A stretch of DNA of 64,000 nt from Candidatus Woesearchaeota archaeon (lineage in GTDB: Archaea; Nanobdellota; Nanobdellia; Woesearchaeales; UBA10216), in the NCBI GenBank assembly GCA_016184345.1, contig JACPCV010000005.1, positions 4,634 through 68,633 of the forward strand, in the 5' to 3' direction. Below the pieces are notes generated by a model. That model was not told where the DNA came from, did no database searches, and worked only from the letters and a program-made list of their open reading frames with translations. The position numbers and the translations under genes were made by a program. Shown one piece after another: positions 55,631 to 64,000 of this stretch. Numbering within the stretch: the first letter of the stretch is position 1; each line of letters starts with the position of its first letter.

Positions 55631-55705
55631 GCACAAGTTTCTACAAATTTAAACGAAACATTTATCTATAAAGTTTGGTTACTTATCGTAGCAGATACAA
55701 GGAAA

Positions 55706-58700
55706 ATGGCCGAGACCGAACTTAAGCTTAAAGTTGCCGAAGCCGTCCAGGATGACGTCAACAAGGGCATCGTAAGGATAGACACCACGCTAATGCATGA
55801 GATTGGCGTCAGGCCCGGCGACATAGTTGAGATAGAAGGAAGCAGGGTTACTGTCGGAATAGCAGACAGGGCATACCCTGGAGACATAGGCCTCAACATC
55901 ATAAGGATGGATGGGATCCTGAGAAGGAACGCCAGGTCAGGCATAGGCGAGCTGGTCAAGATCCGGAGGGCGGACATCAAGGGAGCCAAGAAGGCTGTAA
56001 TCGCGCCAGCCAGAAAGGGCGTAATGATAAGGGCAAGCTCCGACATATTCAAGCAGGGGCTTCTCGGAAGGGCGCTTGTCAAGGGCGACATCGTAGCTTT
56101 GGGGGGCACGACGAGGAGAAGGACAACCTTCGTGCACAGCCCGTTTGAGGAAATCTTCAAGATGCTTGACGAGGTTGACGAGGACGTAATGGGCCTCGGC
56201 TTCTCAGATATCAAGTTCATAGTCATTGACACGCTGCCAAAGGGCCCGGTCATAATAACAGACCTGACCGAGGTCGTGTTCAACCCTGAAGCTGCCGACA
56301 TGGTTGAAGAGCCAAGGCTGGACATAACCTATGAGGACATTGGCGGCCTGTCCGAAGAGATAAAAAAAGTCAGGGAAATGGTAGAGCTTCCGCTAAAGCA
56401 CCCCGAGATTTTTGAAAGGCTGGGCATTGACGCGCCTAAAGGAGTGCTGCTGCACGGGCCTCCGGGAACAGGAAAGACGCTTGTTGCAAGGGCTGTAGCG
56501 AATGAGACAAACGCGTACTTTACCCACATAAACGGCCCGGAGATAATGTGCGTAGATGGCAACACAATGGTTCTAACTAATCCTAAAGGTTTCGTTAAGG
56601 CTAAAGAAGTGTTTGAAAGTGTTAAGAAGAAAGGAAAAGTTACTAGGGAAGGCGGCCACGAAGTGATTGAGCTTACAGAACCGGTTAAGACTTACTCTTA
56701 CAAAGATGGCAAGATTAAGAAGTCCAAAATAACTCACATGGTTAAATTAAAGGCCCCGTCTTTTAACATTGCCTTCAGTGACGGTTCGGAGTTAATAGCA
56801 TCTGCCAACCAGCCGTTCCTAACTTATCGAACTGGTGAACTTGTTTGGAAGCGCATAGCCGACTTAAAAAGAGGGGATTTCGTAGCTAAGCTTAACAAAC
56901 TGCCTGTTAAAGGGAAAAGTTACAAAATAGATTGGAGAAAGTTAGGTCTTAAATTGAAGATTAAGAATGAAAAAGCAGCTATCGAAAGCAGAAACTTGTC
57001 CAGGAGTAACTTTGTGAAGCTTCCTAAGAAAACCAGCGTAGAACTTATGATGCTCGTTGGACTCATTTTCTCTGATGGGAATATTAGTAAAGACCACGAT
57101 GCCATTATATTTGCCAATAAGGATGAGAGATTAGTTAATTATTTCAAAAAGCTTGCAATTTCGATTTTTGATATTGATAAGAATATGCTTAAGGAATATC
57201 ACGCAGATAATGATACCCGGGTTGTATTGTATTCAAAAGTTTTGGCGAATTTATTTGAATACCTCGGAATACCTTCGGGAAATAAGTCAAAAGTTGAGCA
57301 GCACGTGCCGAGTTATGCTTACGCTTTGCCCAAATCAGAAGTGGCTGCTTTCGTGGCCGGATACTTCGAGGGTGATGGCACTGTTGCGCTAACTGAAGTC
57401 AAGAACGCCAAGCACACATTCAGTTATCCAACTCCTAAAATTTATTGTAAATCAAAAAACTTTTTGCACGAAATGCAGGCTTTAATCCAGTTAAGGCTTG
57501 AGATAAGCACGAAGCTGAATAAGCATCCAACCCCGTTGGGCGAAATGTTTGAACTTGTAGTCAGAGGGAATTCCGGCAGGCTTAAATTTGCAGAGCTGCC
57601 ATTGGTGACTAAAGATATCAGAAGTGGCCAGATACGCAAAACTTTGCGGATAAAAGAATTTGAGAACATACCGACGCCAAACGCACTGATTAGAGAAATG
57701 AAAGCCAAGTTACCTTATGATGCTTACAGGAATCACGACTATTACATTTACAATCAAGGGAAATTTACAAAGCACGCGCTGAATAACCTTTATAACATAG
57801 CGGCAAGAAGTGGCGTAATTAATGACCTTCTAAGAAAAGAGTTCGCAGTATTGACCCGGAATGATATTTCCTGGGAAACTATTGATGGAATTGCCGATTT
57901 AGGCGAGCGGGACCTTTACGACTTTACAGTCAATGACGACAGTTTCATCGGTCACTATTATTTACTGCATAATAGTAAATTTTATGGCCAGTCTGAACAA
58001 AACTTAAGGAAGAAGTTTGAAGAGGCAGAGAAGAATGCGCCTTCAATCATATTCATTGACGAGATCGACGCCATTGCCAGCAAAAGGGAAGAGCTGCACG
58101 GCGAGGTTGAGCGAAGGGTAGTCGCACAGCTGCTTGCATTAATGGATGGGCTGAAGGACCGAGGGAAAGTTGTCGTCATAGCAGCAACAAACGTTCCAAA
58201 CCTACTTGACCCTGCACTGAGAAGGCCTGGAAGGTTTGACAGGGAGATAGAGATTGGAGTTCCAACCAAGGAAGGCAGGCTTGACATACTAAAGATTCAC
58301 ACGAGGAACATGCCGCTGGGAAGGGAAGTAAGCAGGGGCACAGCCCTGCCTAAGAGCGAGGAGCTTTTGCCGCAAGGGAAAAAGTACGAGCTCTACTCCG
58401 AGAAAGACAAAGAGAAATTCCTCGTTGAGTTTGCAGCCAAGACGCACGGCTTTGTGGGGGCAGACATGGCAATGCTCTGCAAGGAAGCAGCCATGGTTGT
58501 GCTGAGGAGGGAGCTGCCCGGCCTCAAGTTTGACGAGGAAGAGCCAATCCCGAAAGAAGTGCTTGAGCGCATGGTCATCACGAAGCACGACTTTGCCGAG
58601 GCCCTGAAGGTCGTAAGGCCGTCAGCAATGAGGGAAGTCCTGGTTGAGATTCCGACCGTAAGGTGGAAAGACATCGGCGGCCTCGATGAAGTGAAGCAGC

Positions 58701-59500
58701 AGCTCAAGGAAGCCGTAGAATGGCCAATCAAAAACCCTGAAGCGTTCAAAAGGTTGGGTGTCAGGCCCCCCAAGGGCATACTGCTTTACGGAGCGCCAGG
58801 CACCGGCAAGACCCTGCTCGCAAAAGCAGTAGCAACAGAGTCAGAGGCAAACTTCATACTCGTAAAAGGACCGGAGCTGCTCTCAAAGTGGCTCGGCGAA
58901 TCAGAAAAAGCAGTGAGGGAAGTCTTCAAGAAGGCAAGGCAGACCTCGCCAACAATAATCTTCTTTGACGAGCTGGACTCGCTCACGCCAAAAAGAGGCA
59001 TGAGCAGCGACAGCCACGTGACAGAAAGGGTGGTCAACCAGCTGCTTACCGAGATAGACGGGCTTGAGGACCTGTACGACACAGTAATAATCGGCGCAAC
59101 CAACAGGCCGGACATGATAGACCCGGCACTGCTAAGGCCGGGAAGGTTTGACAGGCTCATACTCACGCTAGTTCCAGATGTAAAATCACGCCTGGAAATA
59201 TTCAAGGTGCATACCAAGAACATGCCGCTAAAGAACGTGAACCTTGAGAAGTTCGCGCAGATAACGGAGGGTTATGCAGGAGCGGACATTGAAGCGGTAT
59301 GCAGGGAAGCAGCAATACACGCCCTCAGGGAAGACATGGCATCAAAGACAGTGGAAGAAAGGCACTTCATGGAAGCGCTCAAGAAAGTCAGGGCTTCAGT
59401 GACAAAAGAGATAGAAAAAGCGTACGAGGAAGTGCGCGACAGCCTGAGCGTTGCAAGGGCCAAGGAAATCAAGGAAGAAAGGCCCATGTACATGGGATGA
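55706..59500 (+). CDS. cdc48: CDC48/VCP AAA+ ATPase, intein-containing
   Basis: N domain, [33 protein letters not shown]-terminal MYMG. Confidence 0.97.
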   Translation: MAETELKLKVAEAVQDDVNKGIVRIDTTLMHEIGVRPGDIVEIEGSRVTVGIADRAYPGDIGLNIIRMDGILRRNARSGIGELVKIRRADIKGAKKAVIAPARKGVMIRASSDIFKQGLLGRALVKGDIVALGGTTRRRTTFVHSPFEEIFKMLDEVDEDVMGLGFSDIKFIVIDTLPKGPVIITDLTEVVFNPEAADMVEEPRLDITYEDIGGLSEEIKKVREMVELPLKHPEIFERLGIDAPKGVLLHGPPGTGKTLVARAVANETNAYFTHINGPEIMCVDGNTMVLTNPKGFVKAKEVFESVKKKGKVTREGGHEVIELTEPVKTYSYKDGKIKKSKITHMVKLKAPSFNIAFSDGSELIASANQPFLTYRTGELVWKRIADLKRGDFVAKLNKLPVKGKSYKIDWRKLGLKLKIKNEKAAIESRNLSRSNFVKLPKKTSVELMMLVGLIFSDGNISKDHDAIIFANKDERLVNYFKKLAISIFDIDKNMLKEYHADNDTRVVLYSKVLANLFEYLGIPSGNKSKVEQHVPSYAYALPKSEVAAFVAGYFEGDGTVALTEVKNAKHTFSYPTPKIYCKSKNFLHEMQALIQLRLEISTKLNKHPTPLGEMFELVVRGNSGRLKFAELPLVTKDIRSGQIRKTLRIKEFENIPTPNALIREMKAKLPYDAYRNHDYYIYNQGKFTKHALNNLYNIAARSGVINDLLRKEFAVLTRNDISWETIDGIADLGERDLYDFTVNDDSFIGHYYLLHNSKFYGQSEQNLRKKFEEAEKNAPSIIFIDEIDAIASKREELHGEVERRVVAQLLALMDGLKDRGKVVVIAATNVPNLLDPALRRPGRFDREIEIGVPTKEGRLDILKIHTRNMPLGREVSRGTALPKSEELLPQGKKYELYSEKDKEKFLVEFAAKTHGFVGADMAMLCKEAAMVVLRRELPGLKFDEEEPIPKEVLERMVITKHDFAEALKVVRPSAMREVLVEIPTVRWKDIGGLDEVKQQLKEAVEWPIKNPEAFKRLGVRPPKGILLYGAPGTGKTLLAKAVATESEANFILVKGPELLSKWLGESEKAVREVFKKARQTSPTIIFFDELDSLTPKRGMSSDSHVTERVVNQLLTEIDGLEDLYDTVIIGATNRPDMIDPALLRPGRFDRLILTLVPDVKSRLEIFKVHTKNMPLKNVNLEKFAQITEGYAGADIEAVCREAAIHALREDMASKTVEERHFMEALKKVRASVTKEIEKAYEEVRDSLSVARAKEIKEERPMYMG
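56549..57973 (+). mobile_element. Intein (475 aa) with LAGLIDADG endonuclease in CDC48 D1
   Basis: NGPEIM|CVDGNT...LLHN|SKFYG; VGLIFSDG and AGYFEGDG. Confidence 0.93.
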
Positions 59501-59838
59501 TTCTGAGATGAATGTCGGCTGTTTTATTAATCTGCAGCCAATGCAAAAAAGTCAAGTGGCATGTTTCTTAAAAATAAGAAAAAGGCAGAAACTGGTACTG
59601 CCTTAAAGGTCCCGAAGCCTCATTACTTTTTGTATAAGTTGGCTTAGTATTTAACTTTTTCGATTTTCACGGCAAACGGCGCAAAAGATCCCCGTCGTTG
59701 CCGTAAAATATCCGGAAAAAGAAGCTAAAAGCGAAATATTTCTGGTATGCTCTGTAAACTTTCTGATGTTGCCGGAAGAATTACAATGATTTCGGGGCAA
59801 GGCATATGAAGAGTTCTTGATAGAAGTACGGCGGGGTT

Positions 59839-59994
59839 GCCGCGGGAGCAGGAGCTGGTACAATTCCGCGAGGCGGAATGTACAATCGGCCGCTGCCGAT
59901 TTGTAACTGCACCTGCCTGAAAAGCAGGGGAGGTCCGAAGCCTCATCCGGGTTCAAAACTCAGCATAAGCTGGGTGGAGGTCCCGGCCGCGGCG
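59839..59994 (+). tRNA. Atypical tRNA-like gene: anticodon GAA, long variable arm, G73, 45-nt D-loop insertion (59861-59905) and 23-nt BHB intron at 59/60 (59958-59980)
   Basis: GCCGCGG/CCGCGGC-G, D-stem GCAG/CTGC, CCTGC-CTGAAAA-GCAGG, GAGG/CCTC arm, BHB TTCA/TGGA; G8 and G14 non-canonical. Confidence 0.72.
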
Positions 59995-60044
59995 CCCCCT
60001 CTTTCTGGTTATGGCAGTAGCAACAAAAAGTTTTATATAACCCT

Positions 60045-60353
60045 ATGAGACAGAGTGGTGCTATGGTAGCGCCAATCGTCATAGGAATAGCCGCTGTTGT
60101 CGGCGGCTTTATTATCTTGCGCTTGCTTATGGGCAGCTCACAGAGCGAGCAGTCAAAGAGGGAGTCGGAAGCTTCTGCAATCCGTAAAATGAATGCTGTG
60201 AGGGCTTATGAGCAGAAGATTGAGCATCTGCACAGGGCAATGAGAAACGCCCCGGACAGGCAAAGGGAGAGAATGGCAAAGCAGGAAGAGCTGCTCCTGA
60301 GGCAGAAGGAACGGCTCAAGCACACAACTGAAAGGCTGGTAAGGAAAAGTTAA
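60045..60353 (+). CDS. Small membrane-anchored coiled-coil protein
   Basis: N-terminal TM then charged helix. Confidence 0.65.
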   Translation: MRQSGAMVAPIVIGIAAVVGGFIILRLLMGSSQSEQSKRESEASAIRKMNAVRAYEQKIEHLHRAMRNAPDRQRERMAKQEELLLRQKERLKHTTERLVRKS

Positions 60354-60389
60354 TATAGCAACTGCTTTCTTAGCGTTACCAGTTCAAAA

Positions 60390-61709
60390 ATGACAAACCC
60401 CAAACCCGGCGACTTTGTGGAAGTTGCGACAGCAGAAGAAACCATAAGGGGAACGCTGCTGCAGAGCCCTGAGCTTGAGAAGGATGTTGTCATCATAAAG
60501 CTCCCAAGCGGCTACAACCTCGGGATTTCTAAGAATAAGATAAAGAAAATTTCGCTGTTGCCGCAACCGCAATCGCTGCATGAAAAAGCAGCAGTTGTTA
60601 CAACTGCCAAAAAAACAGCTTCCAAGCTGCCGAAAATCTCAATCCTCCATACAGGAGGGACAATTGCAAGCAAGGTGGATTACAGGACTGGAGGAGTTAT
60701 TGCAAGATTCACTCCGGAAGAAATATTGGAGATGTTCCCTGAGCTTAAAGAGCTTGCTGATATAGATTCACGATTAATACGAAATATGTGGTCTGAGGAC
60801 ATGCGGTTTGCCCATTACAACCTGATGGCGAAGGAGGTTGCAAAGGAAGCTGCCAAAGGAGTTGATGGTGTAATCATAACCCACGGCACTGATACCATGC
60901 ACTACAGCTCTGCGGCACTCGCTTTTGCACTGGAAAGAGTTAGTATTCCTGTAATCCTCGTTGGATCCCAGAGAAGCTCTGACAGGGGCAGCACAGACGC
61001 TGCTGTGAACCTGATCTCTGCCGCTTATTTCATAGCCAATTCTGACTTTGCGGGAGTAGCTATTTGCATGCATGAGAATATGAGCGATACAAGCTCACTG
61101 ATACTTCCAGCAACGAAAGTGAGGAAGATGCACACGAGCAGGAGGGACGCGTTCAGGCCGGTAAACTCAACAGCCATTGCGAGGGTTGATTTTGAAAACA
61201 AGAACTTAGCGTTCCTAACACCTGCATATACAAAAAAGGACAAACAGGGCAAAATAAAGCTCAAGCTGTTCAACGACAAGCTGAAAGTCGGAATACTGAA
61301 AACTCACCCAAACATGTATGCTTCAGAATTCGCCGCATATGCAGGGTTCGACGGACTGGTGATTGAAGGATTCGCGCTGGGCCAGGCCCCCATAAACCAA
61401 GTGGACGAATTCACGGCGGAGCACAAGAAAAACCTCTCAGCAATAGAAGCGTTATGCAAAAAGATGCCTGTAGCAATGGCGTCTCAGTCAATCTATGGCA
61501 GGCTGCAAATGAACGTTTATTCAACAGCCAGGGATTTACAGGCAGCCGGCGTAATTGGCAACCTCAGCGACATGACGCCTGAAACAACTTTTGTCAAGCT
61601 CGCCTGGCTCCTCAGCAACTACAAGAAAGATGAAGTGAAAGAGCTTGTGACAAGGAACCTCCGCGGAGAGATAACTGAGAGGACGGAGCCAAACTCTTTT
61701 CTGGTTTAA
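60390..61709 (+). CDS. gatD: Glu-tRNA(Gln) amidotransferase subunit D
   Basis: IKLPSGYNLG, TGGTIASKVDYRTG, THGTDT, SQRSSDRGS, KMHTSRRDAF. Confidence 0.97.
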   Translation: MTNPKPGDFVEVATAEETIRGTLLQSPELEKDVVIIKLPSGYNLGISKNKIKKISLLPQPQSLHEKAAVVTTAKKTASKLPKISILHTGGTIASKVDYRTGGVIARFTPEEILEMFPELKELADIDSRLIRNMWSEDMRFAHYNLMAKEVAKEAAKGVDGVIITHGTDTMHYSSAALAFALERVSIPVILVGSQRSSDRGSTDAAVNLISAAYFIANSDFAGVAICMHENMSDTSSLILPATKVRKMHTSRRDAFRPVNSTAIARVDFENKNLAFLTPAYTKKDKQGKIKLKLFNDKLKVGILKTHPNMYASEFAAYAGFDGLVIEGFALGQAPINQVDEFTAEHKKNLSAIEALCKKMPVAMASQSIYGRLQMNVYSTARDLQAAGVIGNLSDMTPETTFVKLAWLLSNYKKDEVKELVTRNLRGEITERTEPNSFLV

Positions 61710-61776
61710 AAAATACCAGGCGGATACTTTGAAACTTTGCAGAACGCGCATCCCAAACTTCAATAACCCCCTTTCT

Positions 61777-61826
61777 TTACGTCACATTTTTACAAAAATA
61801 GCAATATTTATATATTTGTGACGTAA
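61777..61826 (+). promoter_or_regulatory. 10-bp inverted repeat flanking the BRE/TATA of the second Fic gene (putative operator)
   Basis: TTACGTCACA / TGTGACGTAA around AAAATAGCAATATTTATATAT. Confidence 0.65.
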
Positions 61827-61839
61827 CAAGCGTGCTGCA

Positions 61840-62724
61840 ATGGTGAACCTTAGAGTAAAGGAGGCCAGGGGAAGGAAGTACTATTACCTGGAGCATACAG
61901 TCCGGCTTGGCAAAAGGTTCGCAAACAAAAGGAAGTATTTAGGCCGTGAATTGCCAAAGGACATTGAACGGCTTAAAGAAGAATTTATGCATGAACTGTT
62001 TTTGGAGAGGTATAGCAAAGTCCTTACTTCTATCCAAAAGAAGTTCAGCCACGATTTGTCAGCCTACCCGCCTTCGGCCAAAGAGAAGTACGTTGAGTCA
62101 TTCATGGTCAAATTCACGTACAACACAAACAGGATAGAAGGCGGAACATTGTCCCTGAAGGAGACAGCAGATCTGCTACAGCAGCACATCACGCCAAGAA
62201 ACAAGCCTGTTGAAGATGTCAAAGAGGCAGAAGCCCACAAGAAGGCATTTTACGAAATGCTCAATCACCAGAAAGAGCTGACACTTGCGACTGTCCTTCA
62301 TTGGCACAAGCTGCTATTGCAAGACACCAAGCCAGATATTGCCGGGCGAGTGAGGAAGCATCAGGTAGCTATTGCAAGAAGCAAGGCAGAACTGCCGTTT
62401 CCGGCAGAACTTGATACGCTTCTGCATGAGCTCTTTATCTGGTATCATAAAAACAAGAGCAAGCTTAATCCCGTGGTGTTGGCTGCCTTGGTTCACCTTA
62501 AGTTTGTTACAATCCACCCATTCAGCGATGGCAACGGCAGGATTTCCCGGCTTATGATGAATTTTGTCCTGCACAGGCATTCTTATCCAATGCTTAACAT
62601 TGAGTATACAAACAGGAGTAGCTATTATACGGCCTTGGAGAGAAGCCAGATGAAGCACAAGGACTACATTTTTGTCCAGTACCTAGTGAAAAGGTATCTA
62701 AAAGCTTATGAAAAATACTTGTGA
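61840..62724 (+). CDS. Fic family protein (paralog of 54173..55036)
   Basis: HPFSDGNGRISR, TNRIEG, N-terminal YYYLEHTVR..RKYLG. Confidence 0.93.
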   Translation: MVNLRVKEARGRKYYYLEHTVRLGKRFANKRKYLGRELPKDIERLKEEFMHELFLERYSKVLTSIQKKFSHDLSAYPPSAKEKYVESFMVKFTYNTNRIEGGTLSLKETADLLQQHITPRNKPVEDVKEAEAHKKAFYEMLNHQKELTLATVLHWHKLLLQDTKPDIAGRVRKHQVAIARSKAELPFPAELDTLLHELFIWYHKNKSKLNPVVLAALVHLKFVTIHPFSDGNGRISRLMMNFVLHRHSYPMLNIEYTNRSSYYTALERSQMKHKDYIFVQYLVKRYLKAYEKYL

Positions 62725-62734
62725 AGAAAAACAT

Positions 62735-62824
62735 TAGACAACTTTGATTATCGGCATTACATATCAAAGTTGTCTAAGAGAACTTTGAACAAAAGTTAAA
62801 TATGAGTAGTCATTCAAAGTTCTC
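62735..62824. repeat. Two tandem related inverted repeats
   Basis: TAGACAACTTTGAT/ATCAAAGTTGTCTA (14 bp) and GAGAACTTTGAA/TTCAAAGTTCTC (12 bp). Confidence 0.85.
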
Positions 62825-62854
62825 ATTAAAAGCATTACCCATGATTGACGAACT

Positions 62855-64000
62855 ATGATCGCTGACTATAAAGAGCTTGGCCTCAAGGCAGGAATTGAGA
62901 TTCACCAGCAGCTAGATACTAAAGAGAAGCTTTTTTGCAGCTGCCCAACCGCAATCCGGGATGACAAGGCTGATGTTGTTGTCAAGAGGCGGCTTCGCGC
63001 TTCTGCCGGCGAGACTGGCGAGATGGACGTTGCTGCGGCTTATGAGCAGTTGAGGGCGAAACACTTCGTCTACAACGCATACAACGATACAACCTGCGAT
63101 GTTGAGCTGGATGAAGAGCCAATCCACAGCCTCAACAGCGAGGCACTGCAAATTGCCCTTCAGGTTGCCCTGCTGCTGAAGGCAAAAGTTTTGGATAGAA
63201 TGCAAGTAATGAGGAAAACAGTGGTTGACGGCTCAAACACGTCAGGATTCCAAAGGACAGCTCTGGTTGCAAGGAATGGTAAAATAAGCATTGATGGCAG
63301 CAGCATTGCAATACAAACAGTGTGCGTTGAGGAGGAGTCAGCGAAGATTGTTGACAGGACAGCTTCTGCCGACACTTACAACCTTTCCCGGCTCGGGATT
63401 CCGCTTGTGGAGATTGCAACCGGGCCCGACATGAAAACGCCGGAGGAAGTAAAAGAGGCTGCAGAGTACATCGGAATGGTGCTCCGCAGCACTGGCACGG
63501 TGAAAAGGGGATTGGGCACGATAAGGCAGGACGTAAACGTCTCCATCAGGGATGGTGCAAGGGTTGAAATCAAGGGCGCACAGGAGCTGAGGCTGATTCC
63601 GAAGCTGGTTGAGTACGAGGCATTGCGGCAGAAAGGATTGGCTGAAGTTGCTGCCGAATTAAGGAAAAGAGCGGCCATTGTTGGGAAAGCTGCGGATATT
63701 ACTTCTGTTATTGGCAACTGCCCCTCGGAGATAATACAATCAACAGTTGTGAAGAACGGAGCTGTGCTCGCGGCAAAACTCTCCGGCTTCAAGAGGCTGG
63801 TTGGGAAGCATTTCCTGCCCGAGGGGCATCCTGTTGTAAGGCTGGGCAAGGAGCTCAGCGGCTATGCAAGAGCGTATGCCGGGGTTGGCGGAGTAGTGCA
63901 CAGCGATGAGCTGCCGAAGTACGGGATAACTCCTGAATATGTTGAGAAGATTAGCAGCAGGCTTGGCTGCGGCAGCAATGACGCTTTCATTCTTGTAGCG
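62855..64000 (+). CDS. gatE: Glu-tRNA(Gln) amidotransferase subunit E, runs off the window (not in ORF track)
   Basis: DYKELGLKAGIEIHQQLDT, RKTVVDGSNTSGFQRT, RLGIPLVEIATGP, RGLGTIRQDVN. Confidence 0.96.
   Translation, partial: MIADYKELGLKAGIEIHQQLDTKEKLFCSCPTAIRDDKADVVVKRRLRASAGETGEMDVAAAYEQLRAKHFVYNAYNDTTCDVELDEEPIHSLNSEALQIALQVALLLKAKVLDRMQVMRKTVVDGSNTSGFQRTALVARNGKISIDGSSIAIQTVCVEEESAKIVDRTASADTYNLSRLGIPLVEIATGPDMKTPEEVKEAAEYIGMVLRSTGTVKRGLGTIRQDVNVSIRDGARVEIKGAQELRLIPKLVEYEALRQKGLAEVAAELRKRAAIVGKAADITSVIGNCPSEIIQSTVVKNGAVLAAKLSGFKRLVGKHFLPEGHPVVRLGKELSGYARAYAGVGGVVHSDELPKYGITPEYVEKISSRLGCGSNDAFILVA

Noticed and set aside
59839-59999. 5S rRNA on the minus strand (GAACCCGGA motif)
   Set aside because: The match is simply the reverse complement of a tRNA T-arm; the plus strand folds into a cloverleaf.
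1-64000. CRISPR array, rRNA genes, integrase or transposase
   Set aside because: No regularly spaced direct repeats, rRNA signatures or recombinase motifs were seen.

Overview
Archaeal chromosomal window, most likely DPANN/Woesearchaeota-like (inference from top6A/B, spt5, tfe, S17e, gatD/gatE, CDC48, BHB-type tRNA introns and many small hypothetical proteins). It is mostly housekeeping: a glmS-tal-glmM-glmU UDP-GlcNAc cluster, trmI, dtdA, topo VI, ftsZ/secE/spt5/uL11, secDF, pyrG, pyrH, cmk, a type IV pilus/archaellum-type ATPase plus platform protein, CDC48 and gatDE. Accessory content includes two vapBC-type TA pairs, two Fic paralogs, an Exo5 + RNase H-like pair, two LAGLIDADG inteins and a frameshifted Cys-rich surface protein. 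Seven tRNA or tRNA-like genes were read by eye, six with introns. The most unusual signals are non-coding. (1) A family of short hairpin-plus-tail elements (RACC-T-rich...A-rich-GSTY + RAYCRRAAA, with covarying stems) occurs in four tRNA introns, antisense next to two tRNA 5' ends, in frame inside a CDS and inside an unknown ~185-nt structured RNA upstream of glmS. Two further hairpin motifs are shared among these loci, suggesting an undescribed REP-like system that colonises tRNA genes. (2) Two long-variable-arm tRNA genes with G73 carry non-Ser anticodons (AAG and GAA) yet keep perfect BHB introns at 59/60. No CRISPR array, rRNA or transposase was seen. All calls are by eye from motifs; no database search was run.
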